From positions 3,520,001 through 3,584,000 of the forward strand of contig OZ271918.1 in assembly GCA_965602015.1 (NCBI GenBank): a stretch of DNA of 64,000 nucleotides. Reading direction: 5' to 3'. A program made the position numbers and the translations under genes. The notes under the pieces were generated by a model, which saw only the letters and a program-made list of their open reading frames with translations, was not told the origin of the DNA and made no database searches. Positions 41,138 to 51,146 of the stretch are shown piece by piece; the first letter of the stretch is position 1; each line of letters begins with the position of its first letter. The stretch comes from Salinispira sp. (GTDB taxonomy: Bacteria > Spirochaetota > Spirochaetia > DSM-27196 > Salinispiraceae).

Positions 41138-42118
41138 CTACATCTCATCGAGCAACTCCATTGCCCCCCGCTCTTTCTCGGCGATGCCCGTCAGCAGAGC
41201 AGCGATTTCGCCTAAAAGTCCGGGGTCAGCCTCGGTTCCGCTCCGTTCGAACAGTTCGGCACAGGCGGTCCAGTCGCTGGCAGCGTCGGCGAACTCCTGT
41301 GCCGCCTGTTTTATCTGAGCTTTTCCGCTGCGTTCATATGCCTCGGTCAGGAAATCCCGGTAAAGATTTCGGAACAAAGCTCCTCCGGTGCCCGCCCGCT
41401 CCATGAGCATGCCGATCTGCGGAAGATCAGTTTGGGGATCATCACTGAGACCGTACCAGCTTTCGACCTGTTTTGCGAATTTCCTGATGCCTTTGAAGGT
41501 GAAATTCGTTATCGGCGGATTCAGGTACGCCGTCGCATTCTGTTTAATTGCACGGATAATTGCCGATTCTCCGGGCTCACGTATTTCGCCAGCGGAAATA
41601 GTATATGAACGGTTCCTGGCAGACATGGGGCCTTTCTCATTCCTGGCCGCCTGAACGCTTGCCAGGGAGCTGGTCACGTTTCCGCCCTGCTGCGCCGTAT
41701 CGATGAGGAATGCCGAGTCTGAATCATAGCCGTACATGGCTACGAAATGCCCGGCAAAATGTATCTTGTTGCTGAAGTACTCGAGATGATACGAGTCCAG
41801 CTGCAATCCGACGGGTCGCCCTTCGGAGAGGTCGGAGGATATTTGATCCCAGGCTTTTTTTGCTGAACTGGTTTCATGCTCGCGAAGCTCCAGCCCGAGG
41901 TTTCGACACAGGTTTTGCGTCAATTCGAAGGTTTTACAGCGTCCCCCAACGAAGGGCAGCTTCATCCCTTTGATGGGGAATAATAAGAATGACAGCCCCT
42001 CGCCGAGCCCGAAAATCATCGCTTCGCTTAATTCCAGACCGGCATGCTTAAGGAGATTGCCCGTGGCAGTGCTTTCGCAGTGAACTCCGTAGAAAGGACG
42101 GAATTTTTCAATTTTCAT
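41138..42118 (-). CDS. BtrH N-terminal/DUF4872 papain-like protein
   Basis: HCESTA, SEAMIFGLGEG, HFAGHFV..YGYD, GTGGALFR; start reassigned to MKIEKF. Confidence 0.8.
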   Translation of the reverse strand: MKIEKFRPFYGVHCESTATGNLLKHAGLELSEAMIFGLGEGLSFLLFPIKGMKLPFVGGRCKTFELTQNLCRNLGLELREHETSSAKKAWDQISSDLSEGRPVGLQLDSYHLEYFSNKIHFAGHFVAMYGYDSDSAFLIDTAQQGGNVTSSLASVQAARNEKGPMSARNRSYTISAGEIREPGESAIIRAIKQNATAYLNPPITNFTFKGIRKFAKQVESWYGLSDDPQTDLPQIGMLMERAGTGGALFRNLYRDFLTEAYERSGKAQIKQAAQEFADAASDWTACAELFERSGTEADPGLLGEIAALLTGIAEKERGAMELLDEM

Positions 42119-42656
42119 AGTAATTTTCCTCCATTTGATTGATGAGGTTTTTACTGAACTGAATGTCCGAGCGGATATGATGAAAACTGTACTCAAAAAG
42201 CATCCGGGCATGTTCGGGAATACCGCGAGTTTGCTTCGATTCTATCCGAGCAATCTCCCCTTGCAGGAAATCGATCCGGTTTCTTAACATTTCACATAGT
42301 TCTGCGTGTTCGAACAGAAAACTTGCGGCAAGTCCGAGAGCGAAGTGCCGTTCCCGCTCGCGGCCGTTAGCAAGTCCGAAACGGGCTTCTTTCTTGAGGG
42401 TGTTCAAACCCAACTCGCTTATGCGATATCTGGTCCCCGTCGGACCCTTGCCGGTTTTGTCAACATCGGTCTCTCCACTGACATATTGATCGCGCTCAAG
42501 TTTCCTGAGTCCCTTGTAAATTGACGTCATACCGATATCCGCCCACTGGCGAAATCCGCGCTCCTCAATTCGTTTGTTGATGTCGTATCCTGTTGCGGAA
42601 TCGCACTCAGCCAGCAGCATCAGTATGGAGTAGGCGGAATTTGTAATTGAATTCAT
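42108..42656 (-). CDS. PadR-family regulator
   Basis: GYDINK.IE.RG.R.W..IG.TSIY..L.KLE..Y.ISE.G. Confidence 0.87.
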   Translation of the reverse strand: MNSITNSAYSILMLLAECDSATGYDINKRIEERGFRQWADIGMTSIYKGLRKLERDQYVSGETDVDKTGKGPTGTRYRISELGLNTLKKEARFGLANGRERERHFALGLAASFLFEHAELCEMLRNRIDFLQGEIARIESKQTRGIPEHARMLFEYSFHHIRSDIQFSKNLINQMEENYYEN

Positions 42657-42744
42657 TGATCCTTCCCTAATACTACACCTATATAATATAACACTTTTGA
42701 AGTATTAGAAAGCGTTATCATCAACTAATAAAAAACTACGGAAT

Positions 42745-44095
42745 GATGGTGTCCAAATTAGTTCGCAATTTCATGTAGGAGCCAGCTTCCTCCAGCGGGT
42801 TAAGCGGCTATTTTCGGGATGAGATCTCGTTGCTCATCCAGTATTTCCTTTTTAATATAGGCCTTGCCGGCTGTCCAGTCTTCCGTGTATTCAATCAGGA
42901 AACAGGTCACCAATCTCAGGTAAGAATCCTGAGATGGGAAAATCCCGACGACTTTCGACCGCCGACGGATCTCCCGGTTCAGTCTTTCCAGCATGTTTGT
43001 CGAAGCGACCTTCCGATGATCGAGCTTTGGAAATTCATAGAACTGGAGTGAGTCTTCAAGTCCGTTATCCAGGATTTCCACCGCCTCAGGGAATTGCGAT
43101 TCCAGATCATCCATCACCTGTTTGGCATATTCCCGTGCGGTACCGGCATCCGGTTGAAGCCAGATATGTTTGATACGGGCGGCAACATGCTCTTTGTGTT
43201 TGGCTCTCACTTTTGCCAACACGTTCCGCATGAAATGTACTTTGCAGCGTTGCCAGCTGGAACCAAGGAATTCTTTCTGGATAGCATTCTTCAATCCCAG
43301 ATGCGCATCTGAGACCACAAGCCACACGGACCGAAGGCCACGCTCCTTCAACCTCTGGATCAGGAACCGGTAATTGTCTTCATTTTCAGCATCCATGGGC
43401 TCTATGGCCAGGATTTCCCGTTCTCCAGCCCTGTTGAGGCCGCACACGACCATAACCGCATGATTGTAGACTCTCCCGTCATCCCGGATCTTTTCATACA
43501 GGGCGTCTATCCAGATTACTGGGTACTCCGCTTCAAGGGGGCGATTGCGAAATGTATCAACCTGTTCATCAAGACCTTTGTTGATTTCTGAAACCTGGCT
43601 TGCGGAAATATTCTCGATTCCCAGCTGTTTTGCCAGACGATCAATCTTCCGGGTTGAAACGCCGTTAATGAATGCTTCCTGGACAACCTGAAGAAGCGCC
43701 TGCTCAGACCGGCGCTTCTCGGTGACAAAGAAGGGGATATACCCTCCCTTTCGGAGCTTTGGAACCACCAGATACATGGTACCTAATCGGGTATCAAAAC
43801 GGCGAACCCGTGTTCCGGAAAAGTGAGTAGCCCGGTTGTGGGAGTGCTGACCTTTGGGGGCACCGACCTTGGATTCGACTTCGATTTTCATAAGCTGCTC
43901 TGTTGTCCATTTGAGCATCTCAAACAAGGGATCGGATTCACCGGTGAATTGGGATAGCAGATTCTTGAAATCTGCGGTAGAGTTTTTTGGGGCCATGATT
44001 ACTTACTCCTTCTGGTTGTGTATCGCTACTTAACCTTCGGAGAGAATTGTGGCTCCTTTTACTTTTCTAAATTGCGAACATTATTGGACGTGATC
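42745..44095 (-). mobile_element. IS256-family insertion sequence (1351 bp)
   Basis: Imperfect 27-bp terminal IRs (GATGGTGTCCAAATTAGTTCGCAATTT vs GATCACGTCCAATAATGTTCGCAATTT, 20/27); 8-bp TSD TACGGAAT at 42737-42744 and 44096-44103. Confidence 0.93.
42800..43996 (-). CDS. IS256-family (Mutator-like) transposase
   Basis: GVSTRK, WIDA, VVSDAH.GL, WQRCKVHF.RN, STN.LERLNREIRRR. Confidence 0.96.
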   Translation of the reverse strand: MAPKNSTADFKNLLSQFTGESDPLFEMLKWTTEQLMKIEVESKVGAPKGQHSHNRATHFSGTRVRRFDTRLGTMYLVVPKLRKGGYIPFFVTEKRRSEQALLQVVQEAFINGVSTRKIDRLAKQLGIENISASQVSEINKGLDEQVDTFRNRPLEAEYPVIWIDALYEKIRDDGRVYNHAVMVVCGLNRAGEREILAIEPMDAENEDNYRFLIQRLKERGLRSVWLVVSDAHLGLKNAIQKEFLGSSWQRCKVHFMRNVLAKVRAKHKEHVAARIKHIWLQPDAGTAREYAKQVMDDLESQFPEAVEILDNGLEDSLQFYEFPKLDHRKVASTNMLERLNREIRRRSKVVGIFPSQDSYLRLVTCFLIEYTEDWTAGKAYIKKEILDEQRDLIPKIAA

Positions 44096-44141
44096 TACGG
44101 AATAGCAGAAGCGAGTCGGCTGTGATACATTCCTCATTGCT

Positions 44142-45437
44142 ATGTCCGATAAAAAACATCACGGGAAATTTGGTGTTCGAAACGCCTTGATGATTGGTTC
44201 GTTAAGCCTCATGGTATTCGTGCTGTTTAACCTGGAAGATCTGCGCCACCGCTGGATGATTTCCCGTACCCGTCCGGTCACAGAGCTGTCAGCCAGCATC
44301 CCCTTCGAAATGCTCCGGGGTCTGATTCTTTTGGATGCCTCGGTTGAGGGCTCGAATTTCCGGATGATTGTGGATAGCGGGGCGTTTGAGACCCGTATCA
44401 GCGCAGACTCAGCTGCGAGGGCAGACATCGCCGCAGTAATTTCAGATGATGTGGGCGATACCTACGGAAGGTCTGCCGAAATGGGTATTGCCACCCTCGA
44501 ATCCTTCGCGATCGGGGATGCCCGCTGGACCAAGGCGACCGCCGGCCTACTTCAATGGGGGGACGATGCTCTGACCCCCTGCGTCGCCCCCGACGGCATC
44601 ATCGGCGGCACCCTGATGCGTCACGCATCCTGGGTCATCGATTACCGTTCAAATTTTATTCATATAGGAGATGCCGACAGAATGCCCGACGCGGCCTTCA
44701 CTGCATCAGATATCTCAGTATGGAGCAGCATTCCCATGAAGCTGGAAGCCCCGTCCCTGTCGCCGACGATTAGCGCACAGATCAACGGAAGGGAAGTCAA
44801 CGGCCTCCTTCTGGATACCGGCTCAAACGGCGCCCTTACCCTGCCGAGGGACCTTCTCGAAGCGCTCGTCGAACCGGGAACGCCGCTTTTGCATGTCAGC
44901 GACGAATCGACCGCCGGAATATTCGGAACCGCCAGCGTCTCAGCTGTAAAAGCGCCGGTGCAGTTCGCCATAGGGGATGGCGCAGTCCGGACCGTGTGGG
45001 CGAGCTTTACCGACGACAGCGCGGCAAAAATCGGAAATCAGCTTCTGCAAACCTACGGGGTTGGAATTGTGCCCGGTGAAAAGCGGCTGTATCTGCGCGA
45101 TGACTGGTCTCCAGACTTTCTTCTCCCAGGCGCCGGAACACCGGAAGGCGTTATTGACGCGCCGCTGCGCCACGGTTTTATTCCCGGCATAAAGGACGGC
45201 CAGTGGGAGGTGGTTTACCGTGAACGGATGGTCGATGCCCTCGGCGGGTTTGCAGACCAAAACGGCGAGGCAGACCCTCTGGCAGTGGGAACCAAAATCA
45301 TCACCATCAACGGCAACCTCCCGGCTGACCTGTTTGAAAACCGCTGCCAGTGGTTTCTGGGAATCCGAGAAGTAATCGATGCAGATACCCTTTTCCTCGA
45401 GATGCCAGACGGCTCAGTGGTGATTCTTGGGGAGTGA
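44142..45437 (+). CDS. Retropepsin-like aspartyl protease (two domains) with degenerate PDZ-like C-terminus
   Basis: IVDSGA and LLDTGS motifs, DGIIG, N-terminal anchor, KIITING. Confidence 0.8.
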   Translation: MSDKKHHGKFGVRNALMIGSLSLMVFVLFNLEDLRHRWMISRTRPVTELSASIPFEMLRGLILLDASVEGSNFRMIVDSGAFETRISADSAARADIAAVISDDVGDTYGRSAEMGIATLESFAIGDARWTKATAGLLQWGDDALTPCVAPDGIIGGTLMRHASWVIDYRSNFIHIGDADRMPDAAFTASDISVWSSIPMKLEAPSLSPTISAQINGREVNGLLLDTGSNGALTLPRDLLEALVEPGTPLLHVSDESTAGIFGTASVSAVKAPVQFAIGDGAVRTVWASFTDDSAAKIGNQLLQTYGVGIVPGEKRLYLRDDWSPDFLLPGAGTPEGVIDAPLRHGFIPGIKDGQWEVVYRERMVDALGGFADQNGEADPLAVGTKIITINGNLPADLFENRCQWFLGIREVIDADTLFLEMPDGSVVILGE

Positions 45438-45477
45438 TGTATCGTGGGTGTATAACTGAATCTCCATAAAATTTAAA

Positions 45478-45509
45478 TAAAACATAAAAAAAATATTGTA
45501 AAACATAAA
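45478..45509 (+). promoter_or_regulatory. Direct repeat TAAAACATAAA x2 (21-bp period), candidate operator
   Basis: Copies at 45478-45488 and 45499-45509 in an AT-rich promoter before the DUF2975/HTH operon. Confidence 0.5.
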
Positions 45510-45544
45510 TAATCGAACTATCCTTGCCCTAATAGGAGAGTTCT

Positions 45545-46177
45545 ATGTCAGCTCGTATACTTTATTGGATATTCAAGGCCTGTTTGCTATTGGCGTGCCT
45601 GGCTACTCTCGCGGCAATCAGTTTTGTAATAATCGCACCATTCATCGATCAAACACTTATCACTGGTTTTGCATTGGCCAATGAAAAGAATGAAATTGGC
45701 TCATTCGCCAGCTTGGAGTTCGATGTAGAAGTGGATTTTTCGATCAAGGAAGCTAGCATGACTATCGCCATTCCTGGATTTCTTGCGAGTCTTCTGCGAG
45801 TCATCGATGTACTGGTTACCGGTGGAATCTGGATTATATTTTTCTTTCTTATGCAGCAGTTCTTTGAAGCAATGACCGGAGATCGCCCGTTCTCTCGTCA
45901 AAGCACCAACGGGCTCATCCTGGGCGGAGCATTATTAATAGGATTTCCTTTTTGGCAGCTACTCCGCTCTATTGTATGGCAGGCACTGCTTTTTAACATG
46001 ATTGGAGCGAATCAGCCTGTGCTACCTATGTTCGTACCTTACCGCCCCGGTTATCAGTGGCGAATTGTGCCGGAAGTTGATCCGCTGATTGCAATTTCGG
46101 GTCTGGTCCTTCTGGTAATGGCAAAAGCTTTTTTGCTCGGTTCCGAGCTTCAGCAAGACAGTGATGAGATAGTGTAG
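45545..46177 (+). CDS. DUF2975-family membrane protein
   Basis: Four TM helices, PFS motif, C-terminal AF..G.ELQ.D.DEIV. Confidence 0.82.
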   Translation: MSARILYWIFKACLLLACLATLAAISFVIIAPFIDQTLITGFALANEKNEIGSFASLEFDVEVDFSIKEASMTIAIPGFLASLLRVIDVLVTGGIWIIFFFLMQQFFEAMTGDRPFSRQSTNGLILGGALLIGFPFWQLLRSIVWQALLFNMIGANQPVLPMFVPYRPGYQWRIVPEVDPLIAISGLVLLVMAKAFLLGSELQQDSDEIV

Positions 46178-46395
46178 TGCCGATTATAGTTAGGCTCGAT
46201 GAGATAATGGCGAAAAGGAAAATGTCCCTCAATCAGCTTGCAGCTGAGATAGGAATCTCAATCACCAATCTTTCGCTCCTTAAAAACGGGCATGTCCGGG
46301 GAGTTCGATTCAATACTCTTAACGCGATTTGTCAAATTCTCGAATGTAAGCCCGGGGATATTCTCGATTATGAAGGTGAAGAGGAAGAAAAATGA
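46177..46395 (+). CDS. Cro/XRE (YozG-like) HTH regulator
   Basis: MPIIVRLD..MAKRK..GIS.TNLS.LK.G...RF.TL..IC..L.C.PGDIL. Confidence 0.93.
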   Translation: MPIIVRLDEIMAKRKMSLNQLAAEIGISITNLSLLKNGHVRGVRFNTLNAICQILECKPGDILDYEGEEEEK

Positions 46396-47750
46396 GGTTT
46401 ATTAAAATTATCGAAATTCTTATTGCATGTGGTGCTATGTTTTTCATAGGTTGCGTGACGGCGACGGGGGACGACATTTCACCGGATGTACAAGGTGCTA
46501 TTCGAGAAGCGGTGGATTCTGGAAATCGAACAGGTATCGTATTAGGACTATACGAAGACGGCAGTACCAGCATTTTCGGATACGGAAGCACAAGCGCCGG
46601 GAGAAATCAAGTTCCTGATGGGGACACAGTATTTGCATTGGGATCAGTCACCAAGGTGTTTACTGCTGAAGTCCTCTCTGCTTTGAGTGAGGGCAAAATC
46701 GTGTCGCCGGAAGCAACGCTTGGTGAAATATGGCCATCAGTTTTTGAAGGAAGTCAAATCACCCTCGGTCAACTCGCGACTCATACCGCCGGTCTACCCA
46801 GGGAAATTTCCAATGAAACATTGATCTCAAACAGTGAGGAATCCCTTTTCTCAGAGGGTACTTCAGCTATTGAGACTTCAGACGAAGACCACCACTCTAA
46901 AAGTCAGATTTCCTATTCAAATTTGGGGATGGCCCTGCTCGCTAGAGCTTTAGAAGAGGCAGGTAATGAAGAGCAACCTAATCTGCTAAACCGATACATT
47001 ACTACACCTCTTGGTATGAGCCGAACGAGCTACGCTGTGATTTCAGATCACAATGTGGCAAGCCCTCACCGAGGAGGAGTCCAGATCAATGATTCCAGGA
47101 ATCCTACGCCAAGCATCGCATTCGGTTCGGGTGGTTTGCATTCAAGCGCTCGTGATCTCTTGACCTATCTGATAGCTCATGTCGAAGCCGGTATGCGGCC
47201 GATAGACTCGGTTTTCGCGAGGACTCGGGAGGGTTTCCAGGGTATCCCTTATGGCTGGCAAGTGCATAACAAAGGGTCGGCAAGAATTTTTTACCACAGC
47301 GGTGATGGAAATGGGTATCAAGCATTTGTCGGATTTCGAACAGATACAAGACTTGCGGTAGTTTTACTTGCGAACTCCTCCGAAGAGGACGACTTGCAGC
47401 AGATTGCCCTCCACATGCTCGACAATACCGTGCCCCTTCCATCATTCCCGAACTCAAGGTCTGAACCGATTCCTGCACACCTTTTAGACTTATACTTGGG
47501 AAACTACAGACTCGAAACTGATGGAGCTGACGGAAATAGCATTGCTATCGTTAATCTGAATGACAGGCTTGCATATGTAGAATCAACTGCCGATGGTTCA
47601 ATAATACGGCAGCTGCCAATGAAGCTCATAGAGCCGCATGTGCTCCTTGTTGAAGGTCTTCCGCTATATCTGGTTTTTTCCGAATCCCCCGATGAAGGGA
47701 CCTATATGATATTCAACGGTGAAAAATACCCGTTGGTGCGAACTGAATAA
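46392..47750 (+). CDS. Serine hydrolase (beta-lactamase/AmpC-like), probable lipoprotein
   Basis: SVTK (SxxK), THTAGL, YSN, HSG; FFIGC lipobox-like. Confidence 0.88.
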   Translation: MRFIKIIEILIACGAMFFIGCVTATGDDISPDVQGAIREAVDSGNRTGIVLGLYEDGSTSIFGYGSTSAGRNQVPDGDTVFALGSVTKVFTAEVLSALSEGKIVSPEATLGEIWPSVFEGSQITLGQLATHTAGLPREISNETLISNSEESLFSEGTSAIETSDEDHHSKSQISYSNLGMALLARALEEAGNEEQPNLLNRYITTPLGMSRTSYAVISDHNVASPHRGGVQINDSRNPTPSIAFGSGGLHSSARDLLTYLIAHVEAGMRPIDSVFARTREGFQGIPYGWQVHNKGSARIFYHSGDGNGYQAFVGFRTDTRLAVVLLANSSEEDDLQQIALHMLDNTVPLPSFPNSRSEPIPAHLLDLYLGNYRLETDGADGNSIAIVNLNDRLAYVESTADGSIIRQLPMKLIEPHVLLVEGLPLYLVFSESPDEGTYMIFNGEKYPLVRTE

Positions 47751-47773
47751 GACCGGCTCTCTCGCGATGAGAC

Positions 47774-48418
47774 CTATAAAATAAGCTCGTTGGTTTCCCC
47801 GATTGTGCCTCGGACATGAGGGTCAAAAGAGCAAACCGCCCATCGGTGGCGGGTTTCATCGTATTTTATGTGCATCAGCCCCGTATCACCAAAAACAAAA
47901 TAACAGCCCCCCTCGTGCACCGGATACCCGATTCCGAGCATGTTTCTGACAAGGGCATTGAGTAATCCCCCATGAGAAACAACGAGGATGCGCGAGGCTT
48001 CGCGCTCCATAATTTTGGACAATGCGTAGCCCGCACGTGAGTGAAGCGACACCTCATTTTCCCCGGAATTCTCTGGGGCGAAGCGAAAAGGCGACTGGAA
48101 ATCCGGAAGGGGGAAGCGGTTTGAACCGTCCTCTTTTGACTTTCCTGCCAGAAAACCGTTATCCCGTTCGATGAGCAAAGGTTCGCTGATGATCTCAGTC
48201 CTTTGGGATTCATTCACAATTTCTGCAGTTCTGCGGGCCCGCAACAAAGGAGATGAAATGATGCAATCAAAGCGAACAGCCTTCTGCTCAAAATAAGAAG
48301 AAACGCTGCGGGCCTGCTGCTCGCCGGTTCTCGTCAGGGGCGAATCGTATCTTCCCTCGAACCGGTTTTCATCATCCGCCAATGATCTGCCGTGGCGAAG
48401 CAGGTATAGGTCGTACAT
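47774..48418 (-). CDS. Histidine phosphatase family protein
   Basis: LLRHG, SSPLLRA, VSHGG; start reassigned to MYDLY after GGAGG. Confidence 0.92.
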   Translation of the reverse strand: MYDLYLLRHGRSLADDENRFEGRYDSPLTRTGEQQARSVSSYFEQKAVRFDCIISSPLLRARRTAEIVNESQRTEIISEPLLIERDNGFLAGKSKEDGSNRFPLPDFQSPFRFAPENSGENEVSLHSRAGYALSKIMEREASRILVVSHGGLLNALVRNMLGIGYPVHEGGCYFVFGDTGLMHIKYDETRHRWAVCSFDPHVRGTIGETNELIL

Positions 48419-48468
48419 TGCTACGCCTCCCTTGCATGTATTTTCTCTTGTGCTTGGGCCTACGCGCA

Positions 48469-49599
48469 CTAACTATATGCTTGGCTGAAGTGATCCCCGG
48501 TTTTATGTTTCTTTTTTCCTTTGCCAAGACGTGCAGTAATTTCCAGTTCTAACCATGCCTCCAGATAGCCGCTATAGGTCAAGACAGAATCATGTAGAGC
48601 AAAGCTGAATCCGTGGCAGCCTTTTTGACAAGGTTCGCCATATAACTTCTTGTCGCATCCGTAACCCCGGCGAATGACTCGCTGGATTTCAGGGGGGAAT
48701 TCGTGAATTTCTCCGGAATAGCACTCGGTGTTTTCCGCGTTAATAAGGATCCGGTGGCCTGTATTCCGGGATAATGAATAAGTCCATATCTCCTTTCCCG
48801 AGAGAGAGTATATGAATCTAATGTGCAGGTAGAAAACATTGATAGTACAGCTCAGGCCCAAATTTGCGCTTTGGCGATGTAAATTCAGCAGAAATGATTT
48901 CACAGCTGAGGGTAGCAGTGACCCGTACTCTTCGAGCTTTACCACCGGATCATGAGGTTCGTCCGATAAGGCTCTGAAATCGCAACGGAGAAAAATATCG
49001 TGATTAGCGGAAGAGTATTTTCTTCTTTGAGCGAAGGCTAAAGCCTTCATCCCGATAAAAAGATCGGGCTCGCGGGGGAACGACACAATCACCGGTGTGG
49101 CGGACGGTTCTTTACCATTAAGTTTCTCACCCGCACTATCGGTAAACATGAACCCGGTTGTCGTGAGCACGTCCAATGCCTTCCTGAGTTTTGTGGGAGA
49201 AATGGTACTTTTCATCCGGGAACCCTCGGCGCTGACAATATGCATCAGGCAGCCGAGACTTTCGATCATCACGTAATTGTGATCGGGAAGAACCTGTGAG
49301 AAAATCCCGATGTTAAAGAGAATGCTTTTTAGCGAGTTTAAAAATGGATAGGCGCTGGCGAAGCTGACATGTGAATCATTCTCTTCCTTTTTGCTCCCGT
49401 GGTCGACCTGCGCTGAGCGGTCCAATGATAGCCTATCGAAAATAGAAATAAGAATATGCCGGAAAGCTGATATGCCTTTGCGAACGCTCTTTTCATTCAC
49501 GCCATATATGAACTGATTTCCGATGGGAAAATCCTCCGGTATCGCCTGAGGAAGGATTGATTTCAGAAAAACTGCCATGTCGATCTGTGATTTTGTCAT
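48469..49599 (-). CDS. Hypothetical protein with C-terminal Cys cluster
   Basis: Long ORF; GYGCDKK..EPCQKGCHG; start MTKSQ after GGGAG. Confidence 0.7.
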   Translation of the reverse strand: MTKSQIDMAVFLKSILPQAIPEDFPIGNQFIYGVNEKSVRKGISAFRHILISIFDRLSLDRSAQVDHGSKKEENDSHVSFASAYPFLNSLKSILFNIGIFSQVLPDHNYVMIESLGCLMHIVSAEGSRMKSTISPTKLRKALDVLTTTGFMFTDSAGEKLNGKEPSATPVIVSFPREPDLFIGMKALAFAQRRKYSSANHDIFLRCDFRALSDEPHDPVVKLEEYGSLLPSAVKSFLLNLHRQSANLGLSCTINVFYLHIRFIYSLSGKEIWTYSLSRNTGHRILINAENTECYSGEIHEFPPEIQRVIRRGYGCDKKLYGEPCQKGCHGFSFALHDSVLTYSGYLEAWLELEITARLGKGKKKHKTGDHFSQAYS

Positions 49600-49639
49600 C
49601 GGATGCTCCCAACCGGCTGCCACAGCGCGTATATTGCGC

Positions 49640-50257
49640 TCAAAGCGCCAGCCTTAGGGCGGGTCGTATTCCGCCGAAGTTCTTTCCGGTCTCAGGGTGT
49701 GTAAATTTACTTCGATAATTAAGCACACCATTTCCTTGGATCCCCAGGTGTCCGTCGCCATGAATGTAAGCCATACGCGTATTGTCCCTCCCCGGGGTTC
49801 GCAGCCACCACCACCAGCTTGAGCCTCTATACTGCGCTATCCTTTTGGGATTATTGGCGTCCTTTTTCTGGAACCAATAGCGTTGCTTCGGACTAGGATT
49901 CTTCAAATTAGCACTGCTATTTCCGAAGTATTTGCATACGGCTTCCTCTATACTCAGGAGAAATACGCTATCTCTGGTGTCCGGACCTGCATTGGTATCG
50001 TACCAGGGGTTGTCGGAATTTTGATTCTGTACCTGAATGATCCGGGCCAGGTCGCTTTTGGTGAATGATGAGAGAAACTCATCATTCAAAAACGTCCGCA
50101 TTGAGCTGTCCGACCAGAAAGTTTCGCGGTTTAGATCCGAAAACCCTCGTTGACCGATTATATCTGCTGTTATGATTAATGCCGACTTTTCAGTTTTTTC
50201 TAGAATAATCCAATCAATTCCTGCGAAGCGCAATGTCGAATTATCTCCGTTACACAT
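49640..50257 (-). CDS. DUF6273-like protein
   Basis: W..S.MR.FLN..F, D.VFLLS.EE, WWLRTPG, GIRPAL. Confidence 0.8.
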   Translation of the reverse strand: MCNGDNSTLRFAGIDWIILEKTEKSALIITADIIGQRGFSDLNRETFWSDSSMRTFLNDEFLSSFTKSDLARIIQVQNQNSDNPWYDTNAGPDTRDSVFLLSIEEAVCKYFGNSSANLKNPSPKQRYWFQKKDANNPKRIAQYRGSSWWWWLRTPGRDNTRMAYIHGDGHLGIQGNGVLNYRSKFTHPETGKNFGGIRPALRLAL

Positions 50258-51101
50258 TCCGAGCGAATCCCCGGTCTATCGCTGTGTGCTTGAAGCCTAT
50301 GCTCTCATACAGCGCCCGGGCGGCGGTATTTGCCTCATCGGTTTTTACATATGCCCGTGTCGCTCCCATGTCCGATGCCCGGTGAAGAGCGGTGAGAACT
50401 GCAATTTTCGCGAGCCCCCTGCGGCGGTGAGCACTGATGCAGCCAACCGGCTCGAGGAGCGCTTCCATCCCATCGATCCAGGCCAGGGCGCCGGCTACCA
50501 CCGTCCCGCTGCTGTCGGTAATCCGCACATGAAGGTCACGGGTATAGAAGGGAGCGCTCCGGAATTTATCGAAGGACTGTTTTTCATACTGATGGGAAGT
50601 TATCACCGGGGGATCAGAATCGTTCGCCAGGTAGCGGTAATTATCCGGCAGCCGAGGGATGCCCTCCAACTCATTCAGACTAAGCTCGTGGAAGAGGTAA
50701 TCTTCCGGAAGTCGTGTATACCCGGAGCGTTTCAGGGCCGCAAGCTTTTTCTCATCACGGTCCAAGCATCCGGTTTCAAGTACGGTAATTCCATTTTCCG
50801 CCGCCCGCTTGCTCGCCCACTCATCCATAAGGGCCAAGAGGGACTCATTTCCGGGGAGGAAGAAGTATTCCGGGTTGGCTTCGCAGATCAGGAAAAATAC
50901 CAATCCCTGTATTTTCCCATTCTCGTCGGTCCAGATACATATATCTCTTTCGATGTCTGTACGATTGCTCGGTAGAAATACACGGAAAATGAAATCGCCG
51001 ATGTGAAATGCCGCGCCCGGATGGACGGCCTCACGCACTGCTCTGAAAAAATCTGTTATAGCCGGCAGGTCTTTCTTTATGTTAATGGGGCGTCGCTGCA
51101 T
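50250..51101 (-). CDS. GNAT acetyltransferase
   Basis: EPVG...AHRRRGLA..N..ARALYESIGF. Confidence 0.87.
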   Translation of the reverse strand: MQRRPINIKKDLPAITDFFRAVREAVHPGAAFHIGDFIFRVFLPSNRTDIERDICIWTDENGKIQGLVFFLICEANPEYFFLPGNESLLALMDEWASKRAAENGITVLETGCLDRDEKKLAALKRSGYTRLPEDYLFHELSLNELEGIPRLPDNYRYLANDSDPPVITSHQYEKQSFDKFRSAPFYTRDLHVRITDSSGTVVAGALAWIDGMEALLEPVGCISAHRRRGLAKIAVLTALHRASDMGATRAYVKTDEANTAARALYESIGFKHTAIDRGFARNV

Positions 51102-51146
51102 TGTGGTTCATCCTTCGAAGCGAGCATCGCCGGCTCTGGAAATTTC

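Noticed and set aside
26176..51101. Integron cassette array
   Set aside because: Many small unrelated genes, but no repeated attC-like sites or integrase seen, and the genes carry their own promoters.
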